64,000 nucleotides of DNA, from positions 186,001 to 250,000 of the forward strand of contig JALMLS010000361.1 in NCBI GenBank assembly GCA_038496445.1, in the 5' to 3' direction. Position numbers and translations under genes: made by a program. This document shows positions 14,434 to 27,503 of the stretch, piece by piece; the first letter of the stretch is position 1, and each line of letters begins with the position of its first letter. Under the pieces are notes generated by a model that was not told the DNA's origin, did not search any database, and saw only the letters and a list, made by a program, of their open reading frames with translations. Source of the DNA: Trichosphaerium sp. ATCC 40318 (taxonomy: Eukaryota; Protista; Tubulinea).

Positions 14434-16260
14434 ATGGAACTTTCACTAACGTATGTTTCTGTCTATAAACAGGACCTTGAAAATGCTGCTGAGCATGGTA
14501 CGTATAAAACAATATTATTCGTTCTAATAAAGCAGTAAACTGACCGTTTCTAACTTTTGTAGGCGCTATATCTACAGGCGAAGTAGATCAGCTTTGGGAC
14601 GACTTAAAACAAAGCGCATCTGACCGTCGCGTTCAAACAATCCAAAATATCGGTTACTTTGGTGGTGCTGCACTAATAGTAATGGCAATGGTACGTATAG
14701 AACGGAGAATAAACATTCCTGTACACTAAATCAGCCAAATGTAGATATGGTTTGCGGAACAAGCCTGGAGTGACCAAAAATCTTTGGCACTCTTTTTCGT
14801 TGCTGCCACATACGTAGGAGCTTTTGGACTCGTAGGGTACGGACCAAAACCGCAGGTAGAAGGTGAACGAACACGCGCGTGTTCTATTCCTTTAAACCTA
14901 CTCATCTAAACAAGTAATATACTCTCCAGTGCTCACGCGTATTAGAAAGTACTTTTACGGTAAAGACTCGATATCTTTGAAAACCGTTGGTGGTCTATTC
15001 GTTACTATCGCTGTATCTGTTAGTTCTGTTGCCGCTTATGGTCTATTACGTTATCTACATCTTAATGGTCATACCTATACCGATATCGGTGAGGAGGCTG
15101 CTGTAGTAGTAACTGGAGCTATCGCCCTTTACTTTGTAAACTACCCACTTATTACTTTGCCAATCTCCCTTGGTACGCCCTTTGAACAACTTTCTACCAC
15201 TAGTTTACCTCAGAGTGCAAAAAACCAAAACCTAAAAGAACCAACCCAAAACGGTTGGTGCGCGAAAAAATTCACTTTTTTTTCTTATTTTTCTTTGTTC
15301 CACAAAGTTCCATAGAGTTGAAAACTAGATCTTGATTTTGAAGAAAAACTTTGTTATCAACCAATCGCGTATCTAACAATGTATTAGCTCTGTTCTCTCT
15401 TGCCAGAGAAGACATCGCAACACTCATTTTCGGTCAAAACGCAACTGATGCTGAGTTCAACATTGTATCCGTTATTTTCGGATTCCTTGAACTAGTAGTT
15501 GGTTACGTCATTCAACGTCAAAAGCTAAAGGTAGACTACACATTCTGGATATACCTATTCGGTACACTAGCATACCAAGGAGGATTCACAGCACTTGTCG
15601 TCAACGACTACTACAAAAATCAACTCATCGGAGGTGTTTACTTAGCAGGCTCCCTTGCTTTGGTTGGTGTATCAATCCCACTCAACAATATTATATTCAC
15701 CATTGCTGGTGCAGCTGGTTCTATTTACTGGCTAGGTAACGAGTTATACCTTTACGGTAACCCACAATTCAACTCGATCGTATCAATCTTGATCGGTCTT
15801 TTGATTGCTGGTTCTGGTTACTACGAGCAGATACGCACTAAGAATGCTACATACCCATACTGGGCATTCTTAATAGGTGTATTGACATCCCAATTGGGAT
15901 GGAGCTCCCTCGTTTTTGGTATAAACACTAGTGTTGCTTTGAAGATTGTATTCCTATTTGTTTCCATTGCTACTGGATTAGCTTATATTCCAACAAAACG
16001 GAATGTATGTCTATTCTCTGGTGTAACTGGTGTACTATCTGTTGTTGGCTGGGCTGTTGACACTTATGTTCACCAATGGGCTGTTCCTATCCTACTCACT
16101 TTCCTCGGTAAGTTCAAATGAGATTTTTCTTTTATTTTTTTGGGTTTATTGCTTATCTTTTCTAGGATTGGGTCTTATTGCTCTCGCTGTTTGGTTGTCC
16201 TCAAAGAAATTGATCGAATACCGCGAAAAAAAGAAGAACACCTCAACTTACGAATTGTAA
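14434..16260 (+). CDS. Polytopic membrane protein, DUF2157-like
   Basis: N-terminus DLENAAEHGAISTGEVDQLW...GYFGGAALIVMAM followed by many TM helices; two copies of a DYTFWIYLFG/TYPYWAFLIG unit. Confidence 0.7.
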
Positions 16261-16358
16261 ACAAAGAGTGTTATTACCCTTGCAATAAACGCATTCAACC
16301 CTCAAAAAAAAAAGCTTTTTTATTATTTTTGTTACAACATGAAAGAGGCTTGAGACTT

Positions 16359-18498
16359 CTACATCAAGAACCTACCCTCTTCTTTTTTGTAAGTGTGCTT
16401 CGCTAGATCTGGAGCAATCTTAAGTAAGTCTTTTGGTTGTTTTGGATGAAATCGAGTGATGTGACAAGGTGCGAAAGCACGACCAACTTTAAACTTTCTA
16501 GAAAGAAAATAACAATTAGAAATCATGTGCTTTTTGAAAAACAAACAAGTCGCACTTTTGTGTTTCTGTATTCAATGGTTCGTCTTTACCGACCATACTA
16601 CCCAGGAATAGTGGCTCCATAGCACACTTATACATTATTGGCTCACGCTCAGGTGTAACTTGCTTTTCGAATATTAAGCCAAAGATATAAGAGTACAAAA
16701 ACTGACTCTTCCAGGATACCACATCCTCAGCAGAGATTTTGTTCGGGTGCCAGTTATTCGCAGTTGAAAGCTCAGGTATATACGCCCACAGCTCACCAGA
16801 AGTGAAATACTTAAAGAATAAAGGCTCCCAAAGTCGATTTTGTTTGCTCATAGCAGCTAGAGCCTTGTTGCATGATCCAATACTGCAAAGACCATAATCA
16901 TCCAGATTTTGGATAACAAGGTCTATAATCTCGTTTGGTAGCTTCTAAAGTAACTAGTTAGCTTATATATTACAAATTTGTTGGGCAGCGGATCGTACAG
17001 TAAACTGAGGGAAGCTTTGCAGTTTTGTTGAGCACCAAATAACCAAGTTATAGCGTTTACCTTCAACAATAGGATCAGCGCTATGTGTAGCATTTCCTCT
17101 ATGGACTATAGCACAACCAGGTGTCTGACACAAAGCTCAGTTAAAAAAAGATACCTCGATCAACTAACCTGACCAACAGCGAAGCTGTTTTTACCGTCAT
17201 GAAACCGTAAATCTCCACCTGAATCCATATTAAACACATCACAACGCTACAACGTCTACTAGTACAAGCTGCATACCTTTAAATATCGTTCCAAGACAAA
17301 TATTAACAGTATACTGTGAGTTATCTTTATGAACGCGATGTTCCGTATCTTCGTGCATACTGTACTTTATCTGTGAAAACAAGGTTAGTATTGTGCACGT
17401 GACGTTAATTTTTTCTTACAATCATCGCATTATCCGTCTTCAATCCAGTATCAATATTATAAAGCTTTTTAATAGTAGGTTCTATGCACTTTTCTACTAG
17501 CTTATTCGCAAAAGTCTGAAGACCATAGTGCCTTAGAATAATACCCAAACTATTCTAAAGCAATTCGTTTTCATTAGTTAAAAGACCAACATGTACAGAT
17601 GGTAGACCAAACAGTCTATCTGGAAGGTAATCGTACGTACAAGAGAAGCTGTCGGGAACATGACTTTGATATATTCCGCTTCCTCTATGATATACTTACA
17701 ATGATCAAGTGATAGAACGTCAAAAATATGAATGTCTTTTGATGGACTTGTTACTACCCTCTTCTTCTTTACAGATTTCGAATTATCCATAATCTTACGC
17801 AATAGATTAGGTCTACATGGTTCGTATAGCTTCCTCATTATACGTGTACGTTCCCAGAGAACATCAGATTCATCAAAAAAGTGCTCATCAATTTTAAGTG
17901 GTGCCCTTTTTTGTGATTTTGCTGGCTATCTACGTGGTTAATAGCAAGATTCTGGATGTTATGTAGTAGAAGCGTACACTTTTTGTTTTCTTAGCTGATT
18001 GTTTTGGTTTGGGAGCCTTGCACAGGTATGATTTGTCGTGGTTTTTGAATTTTAGTGGGAAGACAACTACTGTTTTAGATTTACCAATGCTTATTGTTAC
18101 TTTGATATCAAATGTTCCCCAGCCAACCTTAAAATACATTAGAGTTTTTAGGTTTTTTCGGTTTTAACAACAGCGGAGTTGGCACTAAAAACAGATTGTG
18201 CTAATGGTTTGCCAATGCGTGGTCTAGTTGTTTTGTACCCTTTCTAGAGCAAATGGCCTTTTTTCAATGGTTACAGAAGGAGGGTTGAACTACGAACTGC
18301 TTAATAGACGACAGAGCACGCTTGCGTACGGTTGGGTGTAATGCATAAGTGACCTTGTTTATCTTTGCGTCGTCACTCTGTACCTCAATTCGCCAGCGAT
18401 AGCTATCGTTCTGAATATGTTTTAAGCATTTTATTTCGCAGTAAAATGGAATGCACCTTTAGCTTTGTACTGCGCTCTGTTATTTTCACAGACGCCAT
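16359..18498 (-). CDS. YEATS domain + 2OG-Fe(II) oxygenase + F-box fusion protein
   Basis: YEATS: KVTYALHPT|FNPP...VGWGTFDIKVTI; oxygenase: HKDNSQYTVNICLG, HRGNATHSADPIVEGKRYNLVIW; F-box: LPNEIIDLVIQNLDDYGLCSIGSCNKAL...LW. Confidence 0.8.
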
Positions 18499-18683
18499 GA
18501 TTACACCTCCAAAGGGCTTACGGACTATTTACACCAGTTAAGTCAATAACAGTTAAAATGATTCGTTTAACAAGTTTCTTCATTAATACTTGACACATTG
18601 TGACACAGCATGCTACAACCATAGAATCAGCGTCTTTTTAGCTAGTTTACAAATTTTTTATTATGTTATTACACTAGTAGTCG

Positions 18684-19157
18684 TCAACGACTGTTTATTG
18701 TGATCACAACTATCGTTATCACACCAACGAGCGCAGTGACGCAAGCTAGGCCAATCAATGAACCTTTTCGGCTACATTTTTAAATAAGCTCATAACACTA
18801 TCTCTCTTACTTACCCTGACTCGCTTCGCCCGAACACCAGCAAACTCACAATTACACCAACTATGCTACCAAAAAAACCAAGTGCCAAACCGATCATAAA
18901 GTCATTGGTCGTACCTACTCGGTATTAATACGCCATGCATACGTATTATACTATCGATTGTTCAATGCACCTTCAATGTCTGATCGTGGAGTAACTTTGG
19001 TCTTTCCAACAGGCGAGAAATACGTTGTACCGTACGCCTAGATTTGTTGTAAACCAATAGTACTTTTTCAGTAGAATATTACTTGTTGCACTTTAGTAGT
19101 CTTCGCTCGTTGTACACCTACAACATGTGGCTTATATACTAGCGGTCGATAGGCCAT
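18684..19157 (-). CDS. Small two-TM membrane protein resembling the Dsc3/DUF2407 C-terminal domain
   Basis: Four exons joined by canonical introns give MAYRPLVYK...EGTTNDFMIGLALGFFGSIVGVIV...RKGSLIGLACV...SR*. Confidence 0.6.
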
Positions 19158-19641
19158 GATGAACTAATAAATGAGCTTTTCCCAAGAATCAGGGAATCTG
19201 CTGACTTATTTATCGGATCTAAGCACGAAAATGGTGAAGGCTGTTTCCTGAAGTTGTGTCGAAGCCTTGCGCTAATATTCTGGAATATACGTAATACGAC
19301 AAACAGCACATGTTACAGTTTTTTCAAAATGAAAAGAAGTCTCCTAAACAACTTTGATTATTTCTTCATTCCAGATATAAACTACCAACGCACATCATCC
19401 CATTATTACAACAACACTTGAAAACATCACCACATAAAAGGTACAGCTTAAACATAATGAGTTTAAAGCTAAGAAACAATAGACAGAACTTCCAACTAAT
19501 TCCGAAACAACATGCTCCAACTATTGCTGTTCCACCTTCCTTTGGAGTTGCATTACGCAATTATAAAGATGTAGCATCTAAATGGTAAAATATGGAAGCA
19601 AGAAAATTACATCAACGACACACTTTAAGGAGAGTACACGT

Positions 19642-19826
19642 GCCAAATTCATGCTAGCTATTGGCTGATGAGAATGTAAAGTCTGGCTCTTTAAGGGCCT
19701 TTAGATAAACTGTTAAGTCACTATCAATAATTGCTAGTGGTTGCAACATCTCGCCTGTCATTTGGAGAACCTATGGCAAGATAACGTGTAACCAAGTAAG
19801 GAAATGGCTAGCTTGGTTTTTTTTTT
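19642..19826 (+). ncRNA. Candidate structured non-coding RNA, family unknown
   Basis: Terminal stem gctagctatt (19653-62) / aatggctagc (19803-12), internal hairpins with G-U pairs on the + strand, followed by a T10 run. Confidence 0.35.
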
Positions 19827-19983
19827 GAAACTTTTTTAATTGGCTTAGAACTGCCAGATTTACCAACTTTATTGCACAAACCGTCATTGGCTATGGACTC
19901 CAACTTTTACAGCCACAATGTTCCTGTTTGCATTAGTATGGGAGGATTACTGAAGTTCAAGTAATATTTTTTTAAGACGTTTC

Positions 19984-22113
19984 TTATGATTTGTATTTAC
20001 GGCATCTATAGATTAACATGACGGTGACGAAGATGAAACAAAGCAGTAAAATGCCACCCCCTACACCAACGTACAGAAAAGGGAAAGCGCCTTCATCTTC
20101 ACAATCGCCTGAAAGGCGAAGCAAAAAAGATAGTTCCTTTTGTTCTATACTTAACTTTTTGCATTCCTTCGTTTCAACTCTGTCTTCGACTTCTTCCCTG
20201 GTAAGACAGCCTGGAGGAAATGTAACTGTCACAGAATCTTCAAGCTGTATCGTAATATCTGCAAATGAGGTAGTTAGAATGTGGCATTAAGACTGTGCAA
20301 ATCAACGTACTGGTTGGACATTTCAAAAAAGTGACATTAGAGCCAGATTCTAAGATAACGGTGGTAGCAGGAATGTCATCTAATAGCCTATTGAGAATAC
20401 CAACGATAAAAAAAAGGTTTGGTTTTGTTATACCGTCAATGGTCACGTTTCCTTCAAGCTTAATAGTGGGTGTTGGCGTAGCATCAATAGGAAAAATCCA
20501 CACACCATCTCTACACACAGCGAAGGGTACAAATCCTTCACATGGCCTTGTAGGTGATGTCTCGGCAGAAGGCGTAGATACGGGCAAAGCCACAGGTGAA
20601 GATACAGGCAAAGACACAGGCGAAGATACAGGTGAAGACGACACAGGTGCAGCCGGGTTAAATGGAGGATACACCAGTAGTTTAATGTCTACCGCCTGGG
20701 AACCCATAACTATTTGTCCTGTAACAGGATGTACAGCTGCGCATTGTACACTATTGTCAGTATGATTTGTAAAAATACCGTCTACTATTTCACCTACAAG
20801 AAAAGAAGCGTAAGAAAAAATTAGGAAATTTGTTTTACAATATTTCACCTTCAAGAGTTGTAATAGTAACCGTCGCTCCCGCGGCTGTGAGCATCAGATG
20901 CCCATCAAAACGTTTCTTTACAGAAGTGAAAAAGGTTGTTGAAGAATCCACTACTTGATCAAAAAATGCTGGTGCTGTGGGAGATGACTCAATAAAGGAA
21001 TGTAGCGAAAGCCGAAAAGCTCCAGCCACAATAAGAGAACTGTTGTAAAACAGTACGGCCTATACGGTAAAATATTCAGTTAATAGCACTCCAAGAAGGT
21101 GCACTAGCACATACCTGAGCGCCCATAATGTCAGATAGTGAAACTATTTGGCCTACAAAACGTTCAACACTGAATCTGAAAAAGAACTGTTTTATACCTG
21201 TTGAAGTAGATCGAACCTCGACATGACTTCCTATAGAAGCCAAAGCAAGAAATCTTTCATCTGGAGAGAGAGATAGCTGACGAATTCTGGAAGAAGGATC
21301 TGAAAACAAAAGTTATTAAGGCAAGGCTAGGTTGTTTGTTAAAATTACATAATTGAAAAGTGAGCTACGCCTACCAGCAGTCATACGACATTAATACTCA
21401 ATCAAATGTTTTATCATACTGCAAGCGAATCAAACTATAAAACGTGGTTTATACCAACGTACCAGGAACTGACATAGAACTTGCGAAAGTTCCATTTGGA
21501 TATATCTCCACAATGTTATTGCCAACTGAATTCACAGCACCGACATAAATATTTCCATTGGCTCGTAATGCAATACCTTGAGGATGCGACTGAGCAAACT
21601 TCAAGTTGCCAAACGGACTTGGAATACTTGTATAAGACTTTACAAGCGTATCTTGAAACATAAAGTAAAAACCAAGAAAATACAGAATGCACATGTGTTC
21701 TGTAGCACTCGCAACCTCCCCGTCCCTTTTAGTTGATAAAACTATAAAAACGTACAGTTACTTGAGTGTAATATCTTTATACCACCATCGTTGGCGTCAA
21801 CAAGACCGCTATCTGCTACAATAAGGTACTGACCATCATTTGAAAATACAAGCTCCTGAGGTCGTACAAGACCTAAATTGGAACTTACCAAAAAAAGTAA
21901 TCTTCTTCTAATGCGTTTATACCTGTAGTTGTAGTATCGTAAATGGCGTCATGGTCACCTTCTCCTATTTTACTATGTCAAAAAAGGAAAAGATAACTAG
22001 CGTATTGTGCGTGTTGTACCAAGCCATACTGGGGAAGCCTGAGCGTAACAAGAAGGAATGCAAGCAAAAAAAGCCAAAAGGACTAAAACAAAGCGAATAC
22101 GGTCCAAATTCAT
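19984..22113 (-). CDS. Type I membrane surface protein with beta-propeller and PVSS stalk
   Basis: Signal peptide MNLDRIRFVLVLLAFFACIPSCYA; NHL/WD-like blades HPQGIALRANGNIYVG and LSLSPDERFLALAS; SSPVSSPV repeat; TM LYVGVGGGILLLCFIFVTVMLIY. Confidence 0.7.
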
Positions 22114-22511
22114 TAACTTTTAGCGGAATGGGGTGCTCAAGTATGTGCTAGCTCCTATTATAGCCACTATTACTAGTTTTGACTTGGCTCCTCACTTAAA
22201 AGTTCCGTTTTGTATGGCGTTCACTTATTCGTAATAATTGCGTTGTTTGTTCGTGTGAAGTTTTTACTGAACAGCAATAGAATAACCTAATTTTGTGCGA
22301 GTTTTTGTTCCAAAAAATGAGCACTGGGTTCTTGTAACACACCGCACAAACGAAGGCTTCGTTGTTGTAAAAATACTTTGCTACTAAGAACTTAGGACGT
22401 TAATGGCGTACTGAATGTGATTGTGACATTCCTTTTCAAAAGTTTCTAAAAAAATGTGCACGTGTGCAGGAGTCGTAGTTAATAATAACTACAACTGCAG
22501 TGACAACACTT

Positions 22512-25505
22512 ATGCCCAGTTCACATCAATATCTTATACTTGTCGTTGTATTTATAACAGGAGCCATTACAGTACCAACACAAGGACTAACACGGATTCA
22601 TGCAAAAGACTTTATTGAAGGTTCATTGGAAAATAGTTACAAACGAACTATTCACTCCGGGTACGCTTAAATACGTGATTTTGACGCTTATTTTTCACCA
22701 TCAGGGAGTCTTTTATTGTTTATGGTGTTCAACACAATGAAAAGCGAAGTGCAGGGATTGAATTCATCTTAAAAGAGCAAATATCTCGCCCAAATAGTAC
22801 GCTTTTTGACATATTGAAAAACAGTTTTCTGATATCCTTCAAGCGTACGTAAATGGCGTTTTGGCAACCAAATCAGGTTTACAAGGTATTGTGTATATGG
22901 GACAAGTGCTAGATGATCCGAAAAGCATTGTTGTACGGATTTTTAGAGCATTCTTTTTTCTTTTAAAAATAGTTGAAATACTGTTTGGCTCTTTAGGTTT
23001 TTTTCACAGCACCAGCCCAAACGTCACTTTTCTTTTTGTATTACGGAAAACCCCTGGGTAGATTCACAAAATATGAGCTACTCAACAATTGTCAATATAG
23101 GCCGTAGCACCACACAACACGTTTTTAGTGTTTTTAAGTTTTTTTGCAGTTTTTGCACTGAAAGCCATTTTAGTTTTCTGACGTTAGCACTCATTACCCT
23201 TTTTTAGGTTATCACTGTCCGCAATGGTAGTCTGTTCAGAGGAATGGTACACCACTCAAACGGAGACCACCACGTCGTAAAGTTCGACACAACTTTAGTG
23301 TTGAGCGGCATACAAGGCAACACAAACGGTCACACCACTGATATGGGTTGCAGTGTAGAGCATTCTACGCCTAGAGACAAAAGTAACATATCTCGCTTTT
23401 GGTCTACCACAAAGAAAAACGTTGAAAGCAACGGTTTATCAACAACAAATGGCAAGACTTATAATATTAAGTTAGCCATCGAAACGGACAGCCGATACCA
23501 CGACGGGTTTGACAGCGACTCTGATGCACGTGACTACATGATGACTATAATCGGTGTCGTACGTAAAAAATTCTTCAGTTGCTCATTGATTCATTTTGGC
23601 CTTACTCGTTATTTCCATTAGGTGTCGTCCATGTTCCAACGTGATTTCTTAGCTACGCTTGAAATAGTTCATATTGGCATTAATTCTGGTTCCTCTTATG
23701 CTAGTAGCTACAATGTTATGCAACCTTACATGGAACGAGAATACCCTGACTTGGAATTTAACGTTGGCGTGGCACTAACTGGAGGTCGCTCTGGTGGAAA
23801 AGCGCAAAGCGTTGGTACGTTTTACTGTCATCTAACAAACCCTGATTCTCTCTATAGGCGGTCTTTGCAATGATCATAATTATTGTGAAGCTGGTATGTC
23901 AATGACATACGGGACAGATGAGTTTGATGCAATTCATGATCCGTACATACTCGCACATGAGGTACCATCAATTCCTCATACCCAATGTATTAATTAAGCC
24001 CAGATTGGACACATACTAGGATCAGAGCATACGCATGAGAGTGATCAATTCAATCCAGTAATAGACAATTGTGGAAATGGCGGTTCAGTACCAGATGATG
24101 CTGGTTGGTGATTTTCTTTAGGATTTTTCTGTTTGGTTGACTAAGTTGTTTCAAGGTGTTCCTATGAGCTACTGTGTTACTAGATCAGGTCCTCTTGATG
24201 TAAAACCTTGCTACGCATATTGTCAAATAGTTCTGGTGATGGGAGAAGTTGGCAAACATGGATACAAGTACCTTTAGATGTCCGTTTTAGTACGAGTAAC
24301 AAATCTGTTTTAAGGAGTGAGCGTATTAATCAAGTCATACGTGAACACTTGGAAGATTCTGAAACATGTGCTGAACTAGAGTTTACGACAGGTGTATGTA
24401 ACAGCTCCATAGAAACTTATGATTACGACTTACAAGACCACAACAGGCTCCACCACCTACAGATGCAGCTACAGATGCACCTACAAACAAAGCAACTACT
24501 GCGCCGCCTAATGATACACCAACCGAAACTCCGGAACCTACGGATGAGCCGGCATCTGTAAGTTACACTTGCAGTTATTGAATTTTTAGTAATATTTTTT
24601 AAGACAGTACCGACAGTATTGTATGATCAGCTCGGTAATTGCTTAGATCATAAATTTCCTGCACAATACCTGACTGACTTTCGAGCTGGTTCTGATGCTG
24701 CTGACGATTTTATTGTTCCTGAAGGCACTCCTTTTCTTCCTTTGCAATCACTCGAGTAATTGGCTGTGTAGGTTCGCAATGGTTACTCAAAACTGTTACA
24801 ATTGATGGAGCGTTTGAACCTAAAAGCAACACGGTCGAAATAGATAGTGTAACAGTAACAATATATCACGATGATAATGGTAAGATATAAAAATCGCTAT
24901 ATTGTTTGACACTATCTTTAGGCCTACCTGGTAGCATTGCGTGTAAAGAAGAAGATGCAGAGATACTTGCTCCTGATACAAGTTCAGAGCTGGCTCTATT
25001 CTTACCTAAAGACGATTGCACACTCAACCCAGGTGACCAATAACTTGAGTGTTTATTGTGTTTTTTTATTTCTCAAAATTATCTTATTTAATTACGTTTT
25101 TAGGACATTATTGGCTTCAAGTTCTTCCTTATATTGAGTACGGTTCTGATAAAAACCAATATTGGTGGTTTGAAAGCTCAACAACGAACGGCAATAAATT
25201 CATCTGGAGGGATTCTGAAGATATTTACTCAGACAAGCATGAGCCGTGTACTTCTTGGACAACCGGTGACAAATGCTATGATGTTAAAGGTGTAGATCTA
25301 TGTTTTTCACTGTTTGGTACGGGTTAAAATACTTGTTTTTCCTTGTATGATTGTTTTGTAATTGTTGTTGAAAGGTCATTTAATGAAAGATTCAACTGTA
25401 AAATCAACAGCTATCTCACTTGGTAAGTACTCACATTTACACTATTTCCTAATAACTACAGGTGTTTCCATTGCGTCATTGATAACTGTACTGGCTCTAT
25501 TGTAA
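22512..25505 (+). CDS. Secreted or GPI-anchored M12B (reprolysin-type) zinc metalloprotease
   Basis: Signal peptide; IKLAIETD; spliced zinc motif LAHE|IGHILGSEH; Met-turn PMSY; PT linker; hydrophobic C-terminal tail. Confidence 0.85.
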
Positions 25506-25796
25506 GCACAACTGAAACAAGATATTACAATAAATTACTGAAACAAACTAGAGTTATTTTTCTTTATCACATTTGACGTCTTTTTACATTTCAAGGTTAT
25601 TAATCAACTGGTAACACTTTTTTTAAATATCGAACACTTTTTATTTACAGGATGCTGCATAAAATATAAAGAAAAAAAACTTCTAATCTGGCAGACTTTC
25701 CTCGTTTTTGTTTAAGTCATTTTGTTTGATTTTGTTTTTTACCTCAGTACATTTTGTGGGAGAGTTTTACACTTGCTATTGATATATCTTATTGGT

Positions 25797-27503
25797 TTAA
25801 GCCTTTGTGTAATAAAACCCAGTATAGCTTTCACTAAAAGTAACGCCATCGTTACTTACACTACAGACAAACCAAGATTAGAAATGTTGAATATTTAACG
25901 AAAAAAAAATGATAAAAAAAGCCAACGAAGAACGTACGTTATTTTTGCTACTGAATGTGGAATACCTCGAGGTACAATTATAGTAAGAGCCCCGCTTTCA
26001 TGGTAGACTGAAGGAATGATTTGATTTCCAAACTTAACACGTGCGGTCTTTAAAAACCCACTTCCTAAACAAACGTGTGTAAGTAACTGTTCATAGAATT
26101 ACAGTCACAACCATTTCGTCTCAAACACTATTACGTACCCATTATAATGGCCTTAACGCCTCCCTTTGGTGAGCAATGTTTTGGGATGATGTCCAACGTT
26201 TTAGGTGGCATTATTCTGCCTTTTGTATCACAAGATTTCAAGTAAGATACGTGGGAGAATACTTCAATAGGTGCGCTTGTTACAGTTGATGGAATGTCTT
26301 GAACGTGAGTGTTGTGGAACCTCTACAAAAAAACCTGTAAGCACGTGATTCATCACTTAAAATAATACATAAAACGTGGGTACACGTGATAGGCGCTTTA
26401 AGCACAGAGCTCTGAAAGAGCAAAAAAATGGAAAAAAAACCTAAGAGATGTTGTTACCTTTAGTCTAAATCTGAGTTGGAATTTAGTTCCTTGCATTTGT
26501 GTTGTAGTCACGATTTTTAGTTTTTTAAATACGGCAGGACGATTCGCTTCAATTTTTACAACGACATCGCCCTGTAGGCATAGAGCTAATGGTTGACCAG
26601 TGTCACATCTGATGAGCTCTGCCTCAACCAAGAGGTTATTTTGACGCGGGCCATTGCCTAAAAATTCCATCAATACAAGAAGTTACAATTATGACGAAAA
26701 AAAGGCTAAGTTAGTTGTATACATTGCATTTAACCTTGCAAGGCAAAATACAAGTACATTAGCTATAAGAGACCCAATATAATCTTATAAGATTATATAA
26801 GGCATCCCAAAGCCTCACTTGATAGATAAATAACTTTAATACGTATAATTATAAACAACAGAGAAAGAAGGAGTTACAAAAAACAAAAATGTAAAAATAG
26901 TGTTAATTTTTTCATAACGACTCCAACTTTTTTCCAACACTTGGAATACTCAAAGAGCACGTTAAATTCAAAAAAATAATAGGTTTGAGAGCCTGTTTTA
27001 CCTTCAAACAACCCGAAAAGTTAAAGTTCAAAAAAAAAAATTAATGTTGAACGTACTGAATAGCATGACTTCTGGCCACGGTCTTAAGTTTCTTTTATAC
27101 ACCGTCCGTAGCGGTGGTTGTCTTACCAATTTAATTTGGTGCACTGAGTGTAAAGGGGGTAACCCCTTATCGCCAGCGACAGGGTGAGTCTGTTGGGCAA
27201 CACCATGGGCTGTGCGGTCGACGAGTAATGTATCCAAAGTCGCGTCTGTGTGTATTGTAGGAGGCTGTAAAATTGGCCATGAATTTGGGTTTACCTTGCA
27301 CTTTACGGCACGTTAGAGTTGTTATATGTATTATAATAGGTTTATACGCAGTATACACGTACCACAATGGCAGAAATTGGTTGAATAAATTGCGTTTCAG
27401 TCTTAACTGCAGTTTTCGCCTTTTTCATTCGTTTTAGCCCGGCAACAGCTAGAGCTGTTGTAGCCGCGCGTTTTTGTCCAGTTGGGTAGATTATGAAATT
27501 CAT
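25797..27503 (-). CDS. Putative transcription factor: Rel/Mga2-like beta-sandwich + IPT/TIG domain
   Basis: QPPLRTVYKRNLRPWP...FKKLKIVTTTQMQGTKFQLRFRLK...SAPIEVFSH; IPT LDIIPKHCSPKGG...VSNDGVTFS; basic NLS KRMKKAK. Confidence 0.65.

Noticed and set aside
19653-19812. Hammerhead ribozyme (CTGATGA ... GAAA flanked by a stem)
   Set aside because: Only 2 nt lie between the putative cleavage triplet and CTGATGA, so there is no stem I, and there is no stem II closing pair
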